Assembly (NCBI GenBank): GCA_964537745.1 | Contig: CAZIAX010000001.1 | Coordinates: 11,865 to 75,864 of the forward strand | DNA length: 64,000 nucleotides | From: an uncultured Sangeribacter sp. | GTDB lineage: Bacteria > Bacteroidota > Bacteroidia > Bacteroidales > Muribaculaceae | Direction of reading: 5' to 3' | Shown: one piece after another, positions 30,816 through 41,429 of the stretch | How positions within the stretch are numbered: position 1 is the first letter of the stretch | How the letters are laid out: each line of letters starts with the position of its first letter | Notes under the pieces: generated by a model | Told to the model about the DNA's origin: nothing | What the model saw: the letters and a program-made list of their open reading frames with translations, nothing else | The model's database searches: none | Translations under genes and position numbers: made by a program

Positions 30816-32297
30816 ATGAATTCAGACAACAACAATCAAGGCAGTAAAGCCTACCTCTTCGGCATAGTGCTCGTAGCGGTACTCGGCGGTCTGCTTTTCG
30901 GATACGACACAGCTGTCATATCCGGAGCTGAGAAAGGCCTTCAGGCCTTCTTCCTTGGCGCCAAGGATTTTGTCTACACGGACACCATCCACGGCATCAC
31001 ATCTTCAAGTGCCCTACTGGGCTGTATCCTCGGTGCTGCAGTATCCGGATTTATCGCCACCCGCTGGGGCCGTAAGGCCGCCCTCTTCATCGCTGGCGTT
31101 TTCTTCTTCATCTCAGCACTCGGTTCCTATTATCCCGAATTCCTGATACATGAATATGGCAAGCCCGGCTTCCACCTTCTTATCACTTTTAATGTCTACC
31201 GTATCATCGGTGGCTTCGGTGTAGGTCTTGCTTCCGCAATCTGCCCGATGTATATCGCCGAGGTTGCACCGTCTAACCTTCGTGGCACACTCGTCTCCTG
31301 GAACCAGTTTGCCATTATCTTCGGTCAGCTTGTAGTATACTTCGTCAACTTCCTTATCCTTGGCGAGCACACTCAGCCTATCATCGAGAAAATCGGCGAG
31401 ACAGTCTACCAAGTTAGCTCAGCTTCCGACGAGTGGACCATCCAGACCGGCTGGCGCTATATGTTTGGCTCTGAAGGCATCGTGGCTGGTATCTTCACTC
31501 TGCTCGTATGCTTGGTTCCTGAGTCTCCACGCTACTTGGCTATGACAGGACGCGATGCCCAGTCGCTCAAGGTTCTGACCAAAATCAATGGTCGCGCGAA
31601 GGCAGAAGAGATTCTCAACGACATCAAGAACACCGTCTCTGTCAAGAGCGAGAAACTTTTCTCTTTCGGCATTATGGTGGTCTTCATTGGCGTCATGCTT
31701 TCAGTATTCCAGCAGGCAGTAGGTATCAATGCAGTGCTCTACTATGCTCCACGTATCTTCGAATCTATGAACATGGGCAACCCGATGGTACAGACAGTAA
31801 TCATGGGTATCGTCAACATTGCGTTCACTCTCGTGGCAGTATTTACTGTGGAGAAACTTGGCCGCAAGCCGCTCCTCATATGGGGCTCAATCGGCATGGC
31901 AATCGGTGCGCTTGGCGTGGCACTTTCCAACGTCACCTCCCTCCCAGCCATCTTCCCGGTAGTCAGCATCATGGTCTACTCCGCTTCCTTCATGTTCTCT
32001 TGGGGTCCCATTTGCTGGGTGCTTATCTCCGAAATATTCCCGAACACAATCCGCTCGCAGGCTACAGCTATCGCAGTTGCATTCCAGTGGATATTCAACT
32101 TCATTGTCAGCAGTACGTTTGTGCCTATCTACAACATGAGCGCCGGCGACATGGGCGATCGTTTCGGTCACTTCTTCGCCTACGCCATGTATGGAGCCAT
32201 CTGTATCATAGCCGCATGGTTTGTTGCGAAACTCGTGCCTGAGACCAAGGGCAAGACACTCGAAGACATGACCGCCCTCTGGAAAAAACGCAAATAA
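30816..32297 (+). CDS. xylE: D-xylose:H+ symporter (MFS sugar porter)
   Basis: GGLLFGYDTAVISG, PMYIAE, NQFAIIFGQL, PESPR, FQQAVGIN, SWGPICWVLISEIFPN, PETKGKTLE. Confidence 0.92.
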   Translation: MNSDNNNQGSKAYLFGIVLVAVLGGLLFGYDTAVISGAEKGLQAFFLGAKDFVYTDTIHGITSSSALLGCILGAAVSGFIATRWGRKAALFIAGVFFFISALGSYYPEFLIHEYGKPGFHLLITFNVYRIIGGFGVGLASAICPMYIAEVAPSNLRGTLVSWNQFAIIFGQLVVYFVNFLILGEHTQPIIEKIGETVYQVSSASDEWTIQTGWRYMFGSEGIVAGIFTLLVCLVPESPRYLAMTGRDAQSLKVLTKINGRAKAEEILNDIKNTVSVKSEKLFSFGIMVVFIGVMLSVFQQAVGINAVLYYAPRIFESMNMGNPMVQTVIMGIVNIAFTLVAVFTVEKLGRKPLLIWGSIGMAIGALGVALSNVTSLPAIFPVVSIMVYSASFMFSWGPICWVLISEIFPNTIRSQATAIAVAFQWIFNFIVSSTFVPIYNMSAGDMGDRFGHFFAYAMYGAICIIAAWFVAKLVPETKGKTLEDMTALWKKRK

Positions 32298-32323
32298 TCC
32301 CCTACCTTATTCTAATATAAAAT

Positions 32324-32353
32324 GAACCTCGGAAGCAAATGCTCCCGAGGTTT
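32324..32353. terminator. Hairpin between convergent xylE and the response regulator
   Basis: AACCTCGGAAGC-aaat-GCTCCCGAGGTT. Confidence 0.65.
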
Positions 32354-32358
32354 GCTTA

Positions 32359-33036
32359 TTATTTTTCTACGAGCATGTAACCAATGCCTCTTTGGTTGAT
32401 TATGGATAGGGATGGGTCATGGCGCAGATACTGCCGCAGTTTATGAATGTAGCCATGCAGAGAGTTTCGGCTGTAAGGATCATCGCGCTGCCATATCAAG
32501 ACCATCAAGGCAGAGGCATCTATCGTTTTCCCTTTATTGATAATCAAATCCTTCAGCAACCGGGCTTCAATACTGGAAAGCTCTATTGGCGTCTGACCTT
32601 CCGATGTCAAAGTCTGGCTATCCATTCTGAGAGTATAGGAGCCTACTGAAAAGACATCGCTATCCGCAACTATATTCCTACGCAAAAGAGCCTTGATACG
32701 GACAATAAGCTCAAGCATCTTGAATGGTTTCTTCAAATAATCATTGCCGCCAAGCTCGAAACCTGTCACTATGTCATCAATCTCAGACTTGGCAGTAAGA
32801 AACAGAATAGGCACATTCACATCCACCTGCCTAATTCTTCTGGCCATTTCAAACCCATCAAGAAGCGGCATCATGACATCCGCTATCACCAGGTCTGGAT
32901 GGTCTTTTGAGAATCGCAGAAGTCCCTTTTCCCCGTCGGGTGCGACTATCACTCTGAAACCGTCACGTTCAAGCGTATCCGAAATAATCATTGAAAGGGT
33001 GGCATCGTCTTCCACCAAAAGTATTGTATTGCTCAT
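32359..33036 (-). CDS. OmpR/PhoB-family response regulator
   Basis: ILLVEDD, DVMMP, FLTAK, DYLKKPF, winged-helix C-terminus RGIGY. Confidence 0.93.
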   Translation of the reverse strand: MSNTILLVEDDATLSMIISDTLERDGFRVIVAPDGEKGLLRFSKDHPDLVIADVMMPLLDGFEMARRIRQVDVNVPILFLTAKSEIDDIVTGFELGGNDYLKKPFKMLELIVRIKALLRRNIVADSDVFSVGSYTLRMDSQTLTSEGQTPIELSSIEARLLKDLIINKGKTIDASALMVLIWQRDDPYSRNSLHGYIHKLRQYLRHDPSLSIINQRGIGYMLVEK

Positions 33037-33039
33037 CTT

Positions 33040-34377
33040 TTAATCCAATTTTCTATTAAGATGTATTATCATGGTAGTCCCTTCGCCCAGCTTACTCTGA
33101 GCCTCTATGCTCCACCCATGCTTTTCAACTATTGACTTAACATAAAAGAGTCCTATTCCATAGCCTCTGACGTCTTGACGATTGCCTGACGGTACGCGAT
33201 AGAACTTTGAGAATATATCCGGAAGGGACCTATGTGGAATACCAATTCCATCATCGGCAACTGAAATTGAATTCGAATTTGCCTTCAGGGTTATATTGAC
33301 ATGCGATCCGGAATATTTAATGCTATTGTCGATCAAATTACTTATTATATTTGAGAAATGAGAAGGGTCTGCACAGACCTTGATATCTGGCCCACACTCT
33401 ACCCGAATAGTGCACTCTTTTTGAGCTTTCAGCTTCATCTGCTCTGCAATGGAGACAAGCATATCATGAAGAGGGATTTCTTCTTTAGAGAGTGTGAGAT
33501 TTTTCCGCCGCTCCATACTCATGGCAAGAATATTCTCCACCAGACCTGTAAGTTTTGACAATTGGTCGAGGGCTGCAGTAAGGTATTTCTGGGTTCGCGT
33601 CTCATTCAGAGGGTCAGGAAACTGAAGAAGTGCATCATTGGCAGCATATGCAATGGCTATCGGTGTTTTCAACTCATGAGTCATATTGTTGGTGAAATCA
33701 TCTTTCATCTCCTCGATGCTTCTCTGCTGCCTGATAACTCTCAACATATAGATAAGAGAGAAGACAAAAACGAGTGCAATGGCTATAGTGACGACAATGA
33801 TACCGGTCATCTCATGAAGGATATTCTTTGTCAGAGGGGAAATGTAAGCCTTATATATAAGTTTACCATCCACTCTATGCTCCATCTCCCAAAGTCCATA
33901 ATAACCCTTCATCGAGTCAGCTGCTTCGACAATGTGCACTTCAGAAGGATCAAATCCTGAAAATTTCAATTCACGCATAAACACCTTCTCAAGCAATGGA
34001 AGATTTGGTTTCCCTTGATCGTCATACTTATCATGAAGATGCCTCGTGATTGCCGCTATCCATTGGTGGTCGAGCCGCTTGTAACCTTGATTATAGTTTA
34101 TGGCACTCAAATCTTATTCATTTCCTGCCGCACCGATATCTCCATCTTTAAGACCAGTCCATACAGGTATGACTCCATCATCATTGCCAAATCCAGCCTT
34201 CGTCAGTCTCTCAACGAGTTCCGACAGATCGGCACGACGCAGACATTGCTCTACGTCATCCATATATCTGCTTTTGATGGAAGAATAAAGGGATGACATA
34301 AATATCACATCTGTCACGAAAAGGACGAGAGTGACAGCTATTATTATTGTCGTAATCAGTTTAAAATGTTTCATCAT
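33040..34377 (-). pseudogene. Sensor histidine kinase interrupted by an in-frame TAA at 34114-34116
   Basis: ORFs 34114-34377 (TM1) and 33040-34110 (TM2, NMTHELKTP, NLIDNSIKY, DDGIGI, GYGIGL) share a frame: ...GGA AAT GAA TAA GAT TTG AGT... Confidence 0.75.
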
Positions 34378-34424
34378 TGCAAAATTACTAATAAAATCCC
34401 AAAAAAGTTACCCGCAAACAAAGA

Positions 34425-34480
34425 ATTAAGACTAAATAAGGCAAAATAAGCATCAGTTAAGACAAAACTGCATAAATTTG
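34425..34480 (+). promoter_or_regulatory. Four TAAG direct repeats at 10-11-bp spacing upstream of TAAATTTG; candidate OmpR-family site
   Basis: TAAGAC 34427, TAAGGC 34437, TAAGCA 34447, TAAGAC 34458; promoter box at 34473-34480. Confidence 0.65.
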
Positions 34481-34570
34481 CGAATCCATAGTAAAAAAAG
34501 GATGTTGCCTACGGGTCAAATGGTTTCAATCCGAAGGCTAATCAAACCAACGAGACCAACAATTTACATT

Positions 34571-37500
34571 ATGAAGAAACTATTCAGGTGGATTTCGATT
34601 CCTGTGGCAATGCTGACTATGGCCACCATCTCTATGCCTGCTCACGCCACTGAAACGAGGAGTATCCAAAAGGATGCAACTTCTGGGACACGCGTGGTAA
34701 GAAAGACTAACTCTCAATTGGCAACTGAAAAGAAAGGAGCCGTTCTTGCCTCTAAGATGAACATGAGGAAAGCTCCCTCTCGCTCAAGTGAGATGCCGGC
34801 TATGTATGGATGCATCCTCTACAATGACTTGTTTGACTGGTACACTGACACCTATCTTGGCACAGTGCCCAATTCTGCTGATGCCCAGTCTTCCATGATA
34901 TCCGATATGGTCAACGCAAGCTATGGCGGTGTGGAAGTGGATGGAATCTACTATGCCACAAATTATTATTATGAAGAATTCTGGGAAGAAGAAGAGTTCA
35001 CGATTGAAGGTTACAGCCTTATCACTGGAGAGAGACTCTGCTCCTTTTATCCCAAAGACTATCGTCTCGCTTGTGTAGATGAGACTTATGACCCAACTAC
35101 TAAATCTGTATATGGCATTACGTTTACGGAGAGTGGAAACGGCCTGCAGCTTTCTAAACTCTCTTACTCAACATCTAATGTATCAGCTGAGACAGTCAAT
35201 GCCATCGAAGGCAACTGGACAAGCATCGTTTGTGATAATACCGGACAGCTTTACGGCATCCGCGTATATTCTACAGCTACTGCCGAACTATACAAAATCG
35301 ACAAGACCAATGCAAAAATAGAATTAGTCGGCTCAACCGGCCTGATGCCCTATTACAGCTTATCTGGCAGCGTGATTGACCAAGAGACCAACCGTCTATA
35401 TTGGCTTTACTGCGATCAGAATGAGTCATATATGACCGATGTAAATCTCAGCACTGGAGCAGCGACTATCCTATACAAGCTTAAAAACAACGACCAGATT
35501 GCAGGTATCGTCATACCAACTTCCGCAATGCAATCTACCGAACCGGCGGCGACCTCAGCATCTCTGACCTACCATGACGGAACAATGACGGTGACCTGGA
35601 ATCCAGTGGAAAGCTCAATTACCGGAAGTCCACTTGAAGCTGACAAGATAACATACACTGTCACCCGTGCCGACGGAAGCGTTGCTGCTGAAGGCTTGAC
35701 GGCCACTTCTTTCAGCGAGAAAGTCGACGATAATGGCTCTTATAAGATGCATTATTATGAAGTGACGGTGGTCTATGACAGCACTAATGCATCAAAGCCA
35801 TCAAAGACCAATCTCATCTACACTGGAGCATACAATCCTCCATACACATCAGACTTTTACTTTGACAATCTCTCAGGATGGACAGTGATCGATGCCAATG
35901 GTGACGGAATCATGTGGGGAGTCTACGATGGAGAGGATGAAGCTTCTATTGGATACAATCCATATTCACAGATGAATGACTGGCTGATTTCTCCAGCACT
36001 CCGTCTTGAGAAAAACAAAGTTTATTACGTAAATTTCACAGCTCACTCTTCCGGGGCTGGATATCCGGAACGTTTCGAAGTGAAATGTGGAAAATCTGCC
36101 ACTATAGAGGGAATGACAACCGTCCTTCTGAAATCAACACAAGTGGACAATGAAAACCCTGTACAGTTCACCGCAATCATAAATCCTGACGAGGATGGCA
36201 TATGGTATATCGGATTCCACGGCATCTCATCCAGCAACATGGACCACTTATTCCTGGGCAACGTGACTGTAGAAAGCGGCTTGTCAAAAGGCACTCCTGA
36301 CGCCGCAACCGATCTGAGAATTACAGACCTTAGAAAAGAAAAGCTTACAGTAGAGGTCTCTTTCAGAGCTCCTTCATTTACCATCTCAGGAAATCCTCTT
36401 GAAACTCTTACCAAGGTGGAAGTAAGCCGCAACGGAGATTTGGTTAAGACCTTTGAAAATCCCACTCCCGGTGAACTCCTTTCATTTGAAGACATGCCAA
36501 ATAATGGCACAGTTGAGTACTCTGTGGTCGGCTACAACGAAGAAGGCAAGGGTCTCCCAGCTACCATCTCTGAATTTGTTGGCATCAACTTAGGAGCAGC
36601 CCCTGCTAATGTACAGATTGAAAGAACTGAATCCGTAGGAGAGGTAATTGTGACCTGGAATGCTGTCACCAAAGATATCGATGGCCGCACACTGACAGGA
36701 CATGATGTAAGATATATCGTAGCTCAGTATGAAAACGGCCAGTGGAATCAAAAGAGTGAGCCCGTATCAGAACTTTCATATACTTACCAGGCAGTAAGCC
36801 CAGACAATCAGCAATTCGTGCAGTGCGCAGTATTCTCATTCGTCGACGGCCAGGTTGGTAAGGGCAAGGAATCTCAGATGATTCCAGTTGGCAAACCCTA
36901 CGATGGCATTGAGGAATCATTTGCCAACGGTACTCCTAAATACCAGTGGGGTTCTGAGATCACAGGCAATTTCACTTATGTGGATATTTTCAGCGATGAT
37001 TTCGGAGTTCCTGCCGCCGACGGCGACAACGGATATCTTGGTGTATGCTGCCCGACATTCGACGACGGTGCAAAAATATTCAGCGGACTGATCTCTCTGG
37101 TAGATATGAAAGAGCCAATTTTCAAATTCTCCACATGGAATTTCCGCAATTCAGACGGCGATATCGACGATAATATTGTCAAAGCTTACGTTAAGCCGGT
37201 AGATTCGTATGTCTATACAGAAATCTTCTCAGCAGAAGTCAACGACATCTGCAACAATATGGGTAAAACATGGGGAGAAGCAAGTCTCGACCTATCTCAA
37301 TATGCGGGCCAAGTAGTGCAAGTACAGCTTGCAAGCATTACTGAGATGTATGTATATACCTTGTTTGATGCCATTAAGGTAACTGACAATATCGGACTGG
37401 GTGCTGAAGAACTCGAAGCTAAGTCAACTTCCATCTCAGCAGGCAGAGGTTGCATCACGGTAGAAAGTGCTAACGGAGAGAACCTCTCTGTAGTAGGAGC

Positions 37501-37615
37501 AGATGGCATTCGTCATTTCAATGGAATTTCTAAGGGCAATACCACTATCAATGTTCCAGCAGGAATGTATATAGTAAAAGCCGGCAATGTGACTAAGAAA
37601 TTGCTTGTAAAATAA
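34571..37615 (+). CDS. Large secreted protein with propeller-like, Fn3-like and cleaved-adhesin-like domains and a T9SS C-terminal signal
   Basis: Signal peptide from MKKLFRW; WTVIDANGDG...NDWLISPAL adhesin motif; VTWNPV and VTWNAV Fn3-like strands; C-terminus PAGMYIVKAGNVTKKLLVK. Confidence 0.75.
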   Translation: MKKLFRWISIPVAMLTMATISMPAHATETRSIQKDATSGTRVVRKTNSQLATEKKGAVLASKMNMRKAPSRSSEMPAMYGCILYNDLFDWYTDTYLGTVPNSADAQSSMISDMVNASYGGVEVDGIYYATNYYYEEFWEEEEFTIEGYSLITGERLCSFYPKDYRLACVDETYDPTTKSVYGITFTESGNGLQLSKLSYSTSNVSAETVNAIEGNWTSIVCDNTGQLYGIRVYSTATAELYKIDKTNAKIELVGSTGLMPYYSLSGSVIDQETNRLYWLYCDQNESYMTDVNLSTGAATILYKLKNNDQIAGIVIPTSAMQSTEPAATSASLTYHDGTMTVTWNPVESSITGSPLEADKITYTVTRADGSVAAEGLTATSFSEKVDDNGSYKMHYYEVTVVYDSTNASKPSKTNLIYTGAYNPPYTSDFYFDNLSGWTVIDANGDGIMWGVYDGEDEASIGYNPYSQMNDWLISPALRLEKNKVYYVNFTAHSSGAGYPERFEVKCGKSATIEGMTTVLLKSTQVDNENPVQFTAIINPDEDGIWYIGFHGISSSNMDHLFLGNVTVESGLSKGTPDAATDLRITDLRKEKLTVEVSFRAPSFTISGNPLETLTKVEVSRNGDLVKTFENPTPGELLSFEDMPNNGTVEYSVVGYNEEGKGLPATISEFVGINLGAAPANVQIERTESVGEVIVTWNAVTKDIDGRTLTGHDVRYIVAQYENGQWNQKSEPVSELSYTYQAVSPDNQQFVQCAVFSFVDGQVGKGKESQMIPVGKPYDGIEESFANGTPKYQWGSEITGNFTYVDIFSDDFGVPAADGDNGYLGVCCPTFDDGAKIFSGLISLVDMKEPIFKFSTWNFRNSDGDIDDNIVKAYVKPVDSYVYTEIFSAEVNDICNNMGKTWGEASLDLSQYAGQVVQVQLASITEMYVYTLFDAIKVTDNIGLGAEELEAKSTSISAGRGCITVESANGENLSVVGADGIRHFNGISKGNTTINVPAGMYIVKAGNVTKKLLVK

Positions 37616-37637
37616 GATTATCCACCTATCGATTTAC

Positions 37638-37669
37638 AAGGTCTGCATCTTCTGAGGGATGCAGGCCTT
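37638..37669 (+). terminator. Probable intrinsic terminator
   Basis: AAGGTCTGCATC-ttctgagg-GATGCAGGCCTT after the stop codon. Confidence 0.6.
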
Positions 37670-37757
37670 AATTATTGCTTAATTTTTGCGATGTTCATAT
37701 TTCTTAATTGTCATTTTTTTTATTAACTTTGTAGTTCCATAATTCAAATTAGTTAAT

Positions 37758-38633
37758 ATGACAATGAAACGTTTTGACATTGCTCCTCATAAATCGATTC
37801 TTGCGATTTCCTTTATGGCTTCTTGCATGATTGCAGGCACATCTTTCTCGTCGTGTAATACCGACAAGGACGAGCCGAAGATGCCTACTCCAGATATACC
37901 AACCTTCCCAGTGGAGCCAACTCCAGATGTCTATGAAAAACCTTCCCACTATGAAGGTCTGGAGGAAGTGACTCTCCCTGCTGGATTGACTTCCCAAATA
38001 AAAGAGTATACCGGCTTCACTCTATCCTTCAATAAGGACAATCGCACACCCAACTATGTCGCATGGGAACTTCTTGGTACGGAAGTCAGCAATGAAGTAA
38101 GCCGCACTGACAATTTCTGGCAAGACAGTAACATCGAAGGCTGCACGAAGCACAGCGACTATACAGGCTCAGGATATGACCGCGGACATATGTGCCCCGC
38201 CGCTGACCAGAAATGGAGCATCGAGGCCATGAACGACTGCTTCGTGATGGCAAATATGTGTCCTCAACTCCACGATCTGAATGCCGGAGCATGGGAAACA
38301 CTTGAAAGCAAAGAACGACTTTGGGCAAAAAGAGACTCAGCATTAGTGATAGTAGCAGGTCCTCTCTATATTGACGGGGAGAAATATATTGAGAAATCAA
38401 AAGTAAAAGTTCCTGATGCTTTCTTCAAAATTCTTATTGCCCCTTATCTTGACGAACCAAGAGGTATAGCGTTCGTATATCCACACATGAAATGCACCGG
38501 CAACATGCAGGATTATGCTACAACCATCGACGAAATAGAAAAAATCACTGGTTTTGACTTCTTCTCCGCCCTTCCCGACGACATTGAAAACAAGATAGAA
38601 TCTACCTTCTCCTTTACAGAATGGAATAAATAA
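37758..38633 (+). CDS. DNA/RNA non-specific endonuclease lipoprotein (NucA/EndoG family)
   Basis: YDRGHMCPAAD, NMCPQ...LNAGAWETLE, VPDAFFK; FSSC lipobox; TAACTTTG at 37724. Confidence 0.92.
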   Translation: MTMKRFDIAPHKSILAISFMASCMIAGTSFSSCNTDKDEPKMPTPDIPTFPVEPTPDVYEKPSHYEGLEEVTLPAGLTSQIKEYTGFTLSFNKDNRTPNYVAWELLGTEVSNEVSRTDNFWQDSNIEGCTKHSDYTGSGYDRGHMCPAADQKWSIEAMNDCFVMANMCPQLHDLNAGAWETLESKERLWAKRDSALVIVAGPLYIDGEKYIEKSKVKVPDAFFKILIAPYLDEPRGIAFVYPHMKCTGNMQDYATTIDEIEKITGFDFFSALPDDIENKIESTFSFTEWNK

Positions 38634-38678
38634 AGAAAAAGGGCTTCTGAACTGAGTCAGAAGCCCTTTTTCTTTATT
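38629..38678. terminator. Bidirectional terminator (perfect 22-bp inverted repeat)
   Basis: AATAAAGAAAAAGGGCTTCTGA-actgag-TCAGAAGCCCTTTTTCTTTATT between convergent genes. Confidence 0.85.
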
Positions 38679-38700
38679 AATGTTGATAATGCATTATGCA

Positions 38701-40254
38701 CTATTGTGCTATAGATAGGGCTACGATTGACATTGGAGGCAGTGTTACCTGAAGTCCATCCTTAGTGACCTTGTATCCCTTGAAAGGAGCCACTTTGACC
38801 TTGTCAGGATTGTCGAAGTCATTGTAATCGTTGGGAGTGGCAGACGTGAGTATCTCGCCATTCACAGCATTCTTTCCAAGCTTTGAGAAGGGGATAGTAA
38901 CCTCAGCCTTCTCCTTAAGATCGATATTAGTGAGAGTAACATTGACCATCCCATCTTTTTGCGATGCAGTAGCATTGACAGTAGGCACCTTGCGGCCATC
39001 GCGGACGTCGCGAATGGAAGTCTCCACTTCGAGAGGAATAAAAGTAGCATTCTGATGAGGAGCATACATCTTGAAGACGTAGTAAGTAGGAGTAAGCACC
39101 ATCTTGTCGTCTTTAGTAAGAACCATCGACTGAAGCACATTGGCAATCTGCGCGATGTTTGCCATCTTGACGCGATCAGTGTGTCGGTTGAAGACGTTGA
39201 GACTGAGAGCCGCTACCATGGCGTCGCGCATAGTGTTCTGCTGATAGAGGTGTCCAGGGATTGTACCAGGTTCTTCATCCCACCATGTGCCCCATTCATC
39301 TACGAGAAGAGCGACTCTCTTCTTAGGGTCATAAACACTCATGATTGAGTCATGCTTCATGATGACGGGCTCGATTTCAAGACACTTGCCAAGAGTCCAG
39401 TAGTAGTCATCATTGTCAAAGTTTGTCGCCGAACCCTTGCTGCCGTTCCAACCTTTTACGGTATAATAGTGCAGTGAAAGACCCTTCATATGGTTTTTAG
39501 CCTTCTTCATGAGCACGTCGGTCCACTTGTAGTCATAGTCGCTTGCACCGGAAGCAATCTTATAGAGTTTGTTGCCGCTGATGTCACGACAATAAGTCTG
39601 ATACCGGCGATATTCAGAAGCATAGTCCTCAGGGGTGAAGTTGCCACCGCAACCCCAGCTTTCATTGCCGACACCAAGGTATTTAAGTTTCCATGGTTTC
39701 TCACGGCCATTTGCTTTGCGTTTTTCGGCCATAGGACCATTTTCGGCCGTAATGTATTCAACCCACTTGGCGAGTTCCTCTACAGTGCCACTGCCTACGT
39801 TTCCACTGAGGTAAGGCTCGCACTCAAGAAGTTCGCAGAGATTGAAGAATTCATGCGTACCGAAAGAGTTATCCTCTACGGTGCCTCCCCAGTTATTGTT
39901 GATCATCACGGGGCGTTGGTCTTTTGGACCGATACCGTCTACCCAATGGTATTCGTCGGCAAAGCAACCACCGGGCCAACGCATCACAGGAACCTTAAGG
40001 TCTTTGAGAGCCTGCAGCACATCATTGCGATAGCCGTTGGTGTTAGGAATTGAGGAGTCCTCACCTACCCAGAGGCCTCCATAGATGCAAGTGCCAAGAT
40101 GCTCGGCAAACTGTCCGTAGATTTCAGCAGGGATTGAGAGCTCTGGATTCACTTGATCCAGGTTCAGCTTGACTGTTGCCTTCTGATCTGCAAGCGCAGG
40201 GAAGACTGTCATTGCGAGTGCCGCCCCAGCGGCAAGGGATACAAATAATTTCAT
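38701..40254 (-). CDS. GH51 alpha-L-arabinofuranosidase
   Basis: YGQFAEHLG, RWPGGCFADEYHW, GVGNESWGCGG, LVDEWGTW, MANIAQ; signal peptide. Confidence 0.95.
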   Translation of the reverse strand: MKLFVSLAAGAALAMTVFPALADQKATVKLNLDQVNPELSIPAEIYGQFAEHLGTCIYGGLWVGEDSSIPNTNGYRNDVLQALKDLKVPVMRWPGGCFADEYHWVDGIGPKDQRPVMINNNWGGTVEDNSFGTHEFFNLCELLECEPYLSGNVGSGTVEELAKWVEYITAENGPMAEKRKANGREKPWKLKYLGVGNESWGCGGNFTPEDYASEYRRYQTYCRDISGNKLYKIASGASDYDYKWTDVLMKKAKNHMKGLSLHYYTVKGWNGSKGSATNFDNDDYYWTLGKCLEIEPVIMKHDSIMSVYDPKKRVALLVDEWGTWWDEEPGTIPGHLYQQNTMRDAMVAALSLNVFNRHTDRVKMANIAQIANVLQSMVLTKDDKMVLTPTYYVFKMYAPHQNATFIPLEVETSIRDVRDGRKVPTVNATASQKDGMVNVTLTNIDLKEKAEVTIPFSKLGKNAVNGEILTSATPNDYNDFDNPDKVKVAPFKGYKVTKDGLQVTLPPMSIVALSIAQ

Positions 40255-40303
40255 TTTTCGTTTTATGTTAGATTGGTTTTTTCATGAACTTTAGATTCTA
40301 CGG

Positions 40304-40351
40304 CAAAGTTAATAAAAAATTTGCTATCATAAGAATATTTCGCTAATTTTG
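40304..40351. promoter_or_regulatory. Divergent TAnnTTTG promoters (GH51 and GNAT)
   Basis: TAACTTTG (-) at 40304-40311; TTTG at 40320 plus TAATTTTG (+) at 40344-40351. Confidence 0.6.
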
Positions 40352-40370
40352 CAGTTAGAAATAGTCGCAA

Positions 40371-41321
40371 ATGAATTCAGATTGGTCAATTAAAATGTAT
40401 CAACCCGAGGAGGCGGCTCTTTGGGATGGTCTTGTCGCTGCCTCGCGTCAGGGCACGATGCTCCATATGCGGGGATATATGGACTATCATGCTGATAGAT
40501 TTCATGATCACTCATTAATTGCTTATAGAAAAGGGAAACCGACAGCTTTATTGCCAGCAAACCTCCGTAAAGACAATACACTTTGCTCCCACGGAGGACT
40601 TACCTATGGAGGTTGGCTCACTCCTACTTCTCACTTCAACGGATCTGACATGCTTGAACTTTTTGAAGCGTGGATAGAATGGTGCAAAGAAAAAGAAATC
40701 AAGGATATAGTCTACAAACCTGTGCCTCATATCTATCACCGAATACCTGCCGAAGAGGATCTTTATGCCCTATTCCGATTTGAAGCCGAGATAAAGACCA
40801 TAAACCTTTCTTCGGTTATTGACATGAGAGATAACCCAGGTCTCAACACCCTGCAAAAACGTCATCTTAAGAAAGCTTCCGCCCTCAATCCTTGGATTCG
40901 GGAGACATCGAATGTTTCTGAATTTATGCCACTACTCCAAGAATGCCTCCGAAGTCGCCATGAGGCAGACCCAGTCCATTCTGATTCAGAACTTCAGACA
41001 CTCAAGAACCGTTTCCCAGAAGGAATACGTCTATTCTTAGCAGGAACAGACCACCAACCAGAAGCCGCTATATGCATCTACAATACAAACTCAGTTGCCC
41101 ATTGCCAATATATAGCGACTTCAGAGAGTGGCAGAGAAAATGGGACTCTTACCTTCCTGATGCACCATCTTATACATGAAGTTTTCTCCGAAAACCGATA
41201 TTTCGACTTCGGAACCAGCAATGAAGATGCAGGCCTCATCCTAAACTCCGGCCTCCTCCACCAAAAGACTGGCCTCGGTGGACGCGGTCTCGCCTACCAA
41301 ATCTTCCAACTCCATCTATAA
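40371..41321 (+). CDS. GNAT/FemAB-like acyl- or aminoacyl-transferase
   Basis: YMDYHADRF, SHGGLTYGG, HCQYIA, YFDFGTS...GLLHQKTGLGGR; tandem-GNAT length. Confidence 0.7.
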   Translation: MNSDWSIKMYQPEEAALWDGLVAASRQGTMLHMRGYMDYHADRFHDHSLIAYRKGKPTALLPANLRKDNTLCSHGGLTYGGWLTPTSHFNGSDMLELFEAWIEWCKEKEIKDIVYKPVPHIYHRIPAEEDLYALFRFEAEIKTINLSSVIDMRDNPGLNTLQKRHLKKASALNPWIRETSNVSEFMPLLQECLRSRHEADPVHSDSELQTLKNRFPEGIRLFLAGTDHQPEAAICIYNTNSVAHCQYIATSESGRENGTLTFLMHHLIHEVFSENRYFDFGTSNEDAGLILNSGLLHQKTGLGGRGLAYQIFQLHL

Positions 41322-41429
41322 ATTTTTCAAAATATTTCAAACCCAATATGCAACCCCAAAAAGGTTGCAACAATCCGATAATTTTATTATTTTTGCATCG
41401 CAATAGAAAACTTTTTACCCTATCATCAC

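Noticed and set aside
34114-34116. Programmed readthrough or an alternative genetic code
   Set aside because: TAA terminates many intact genes in this window and no recoding signal is evident
37758-38633. Nuclease as an anti-phage or toxin system
   Set aside because: Lone lipoprotein NucA-type gene with its own promoter and terminator and no partner gene; nucleic-acid scavenging is the simpler reading
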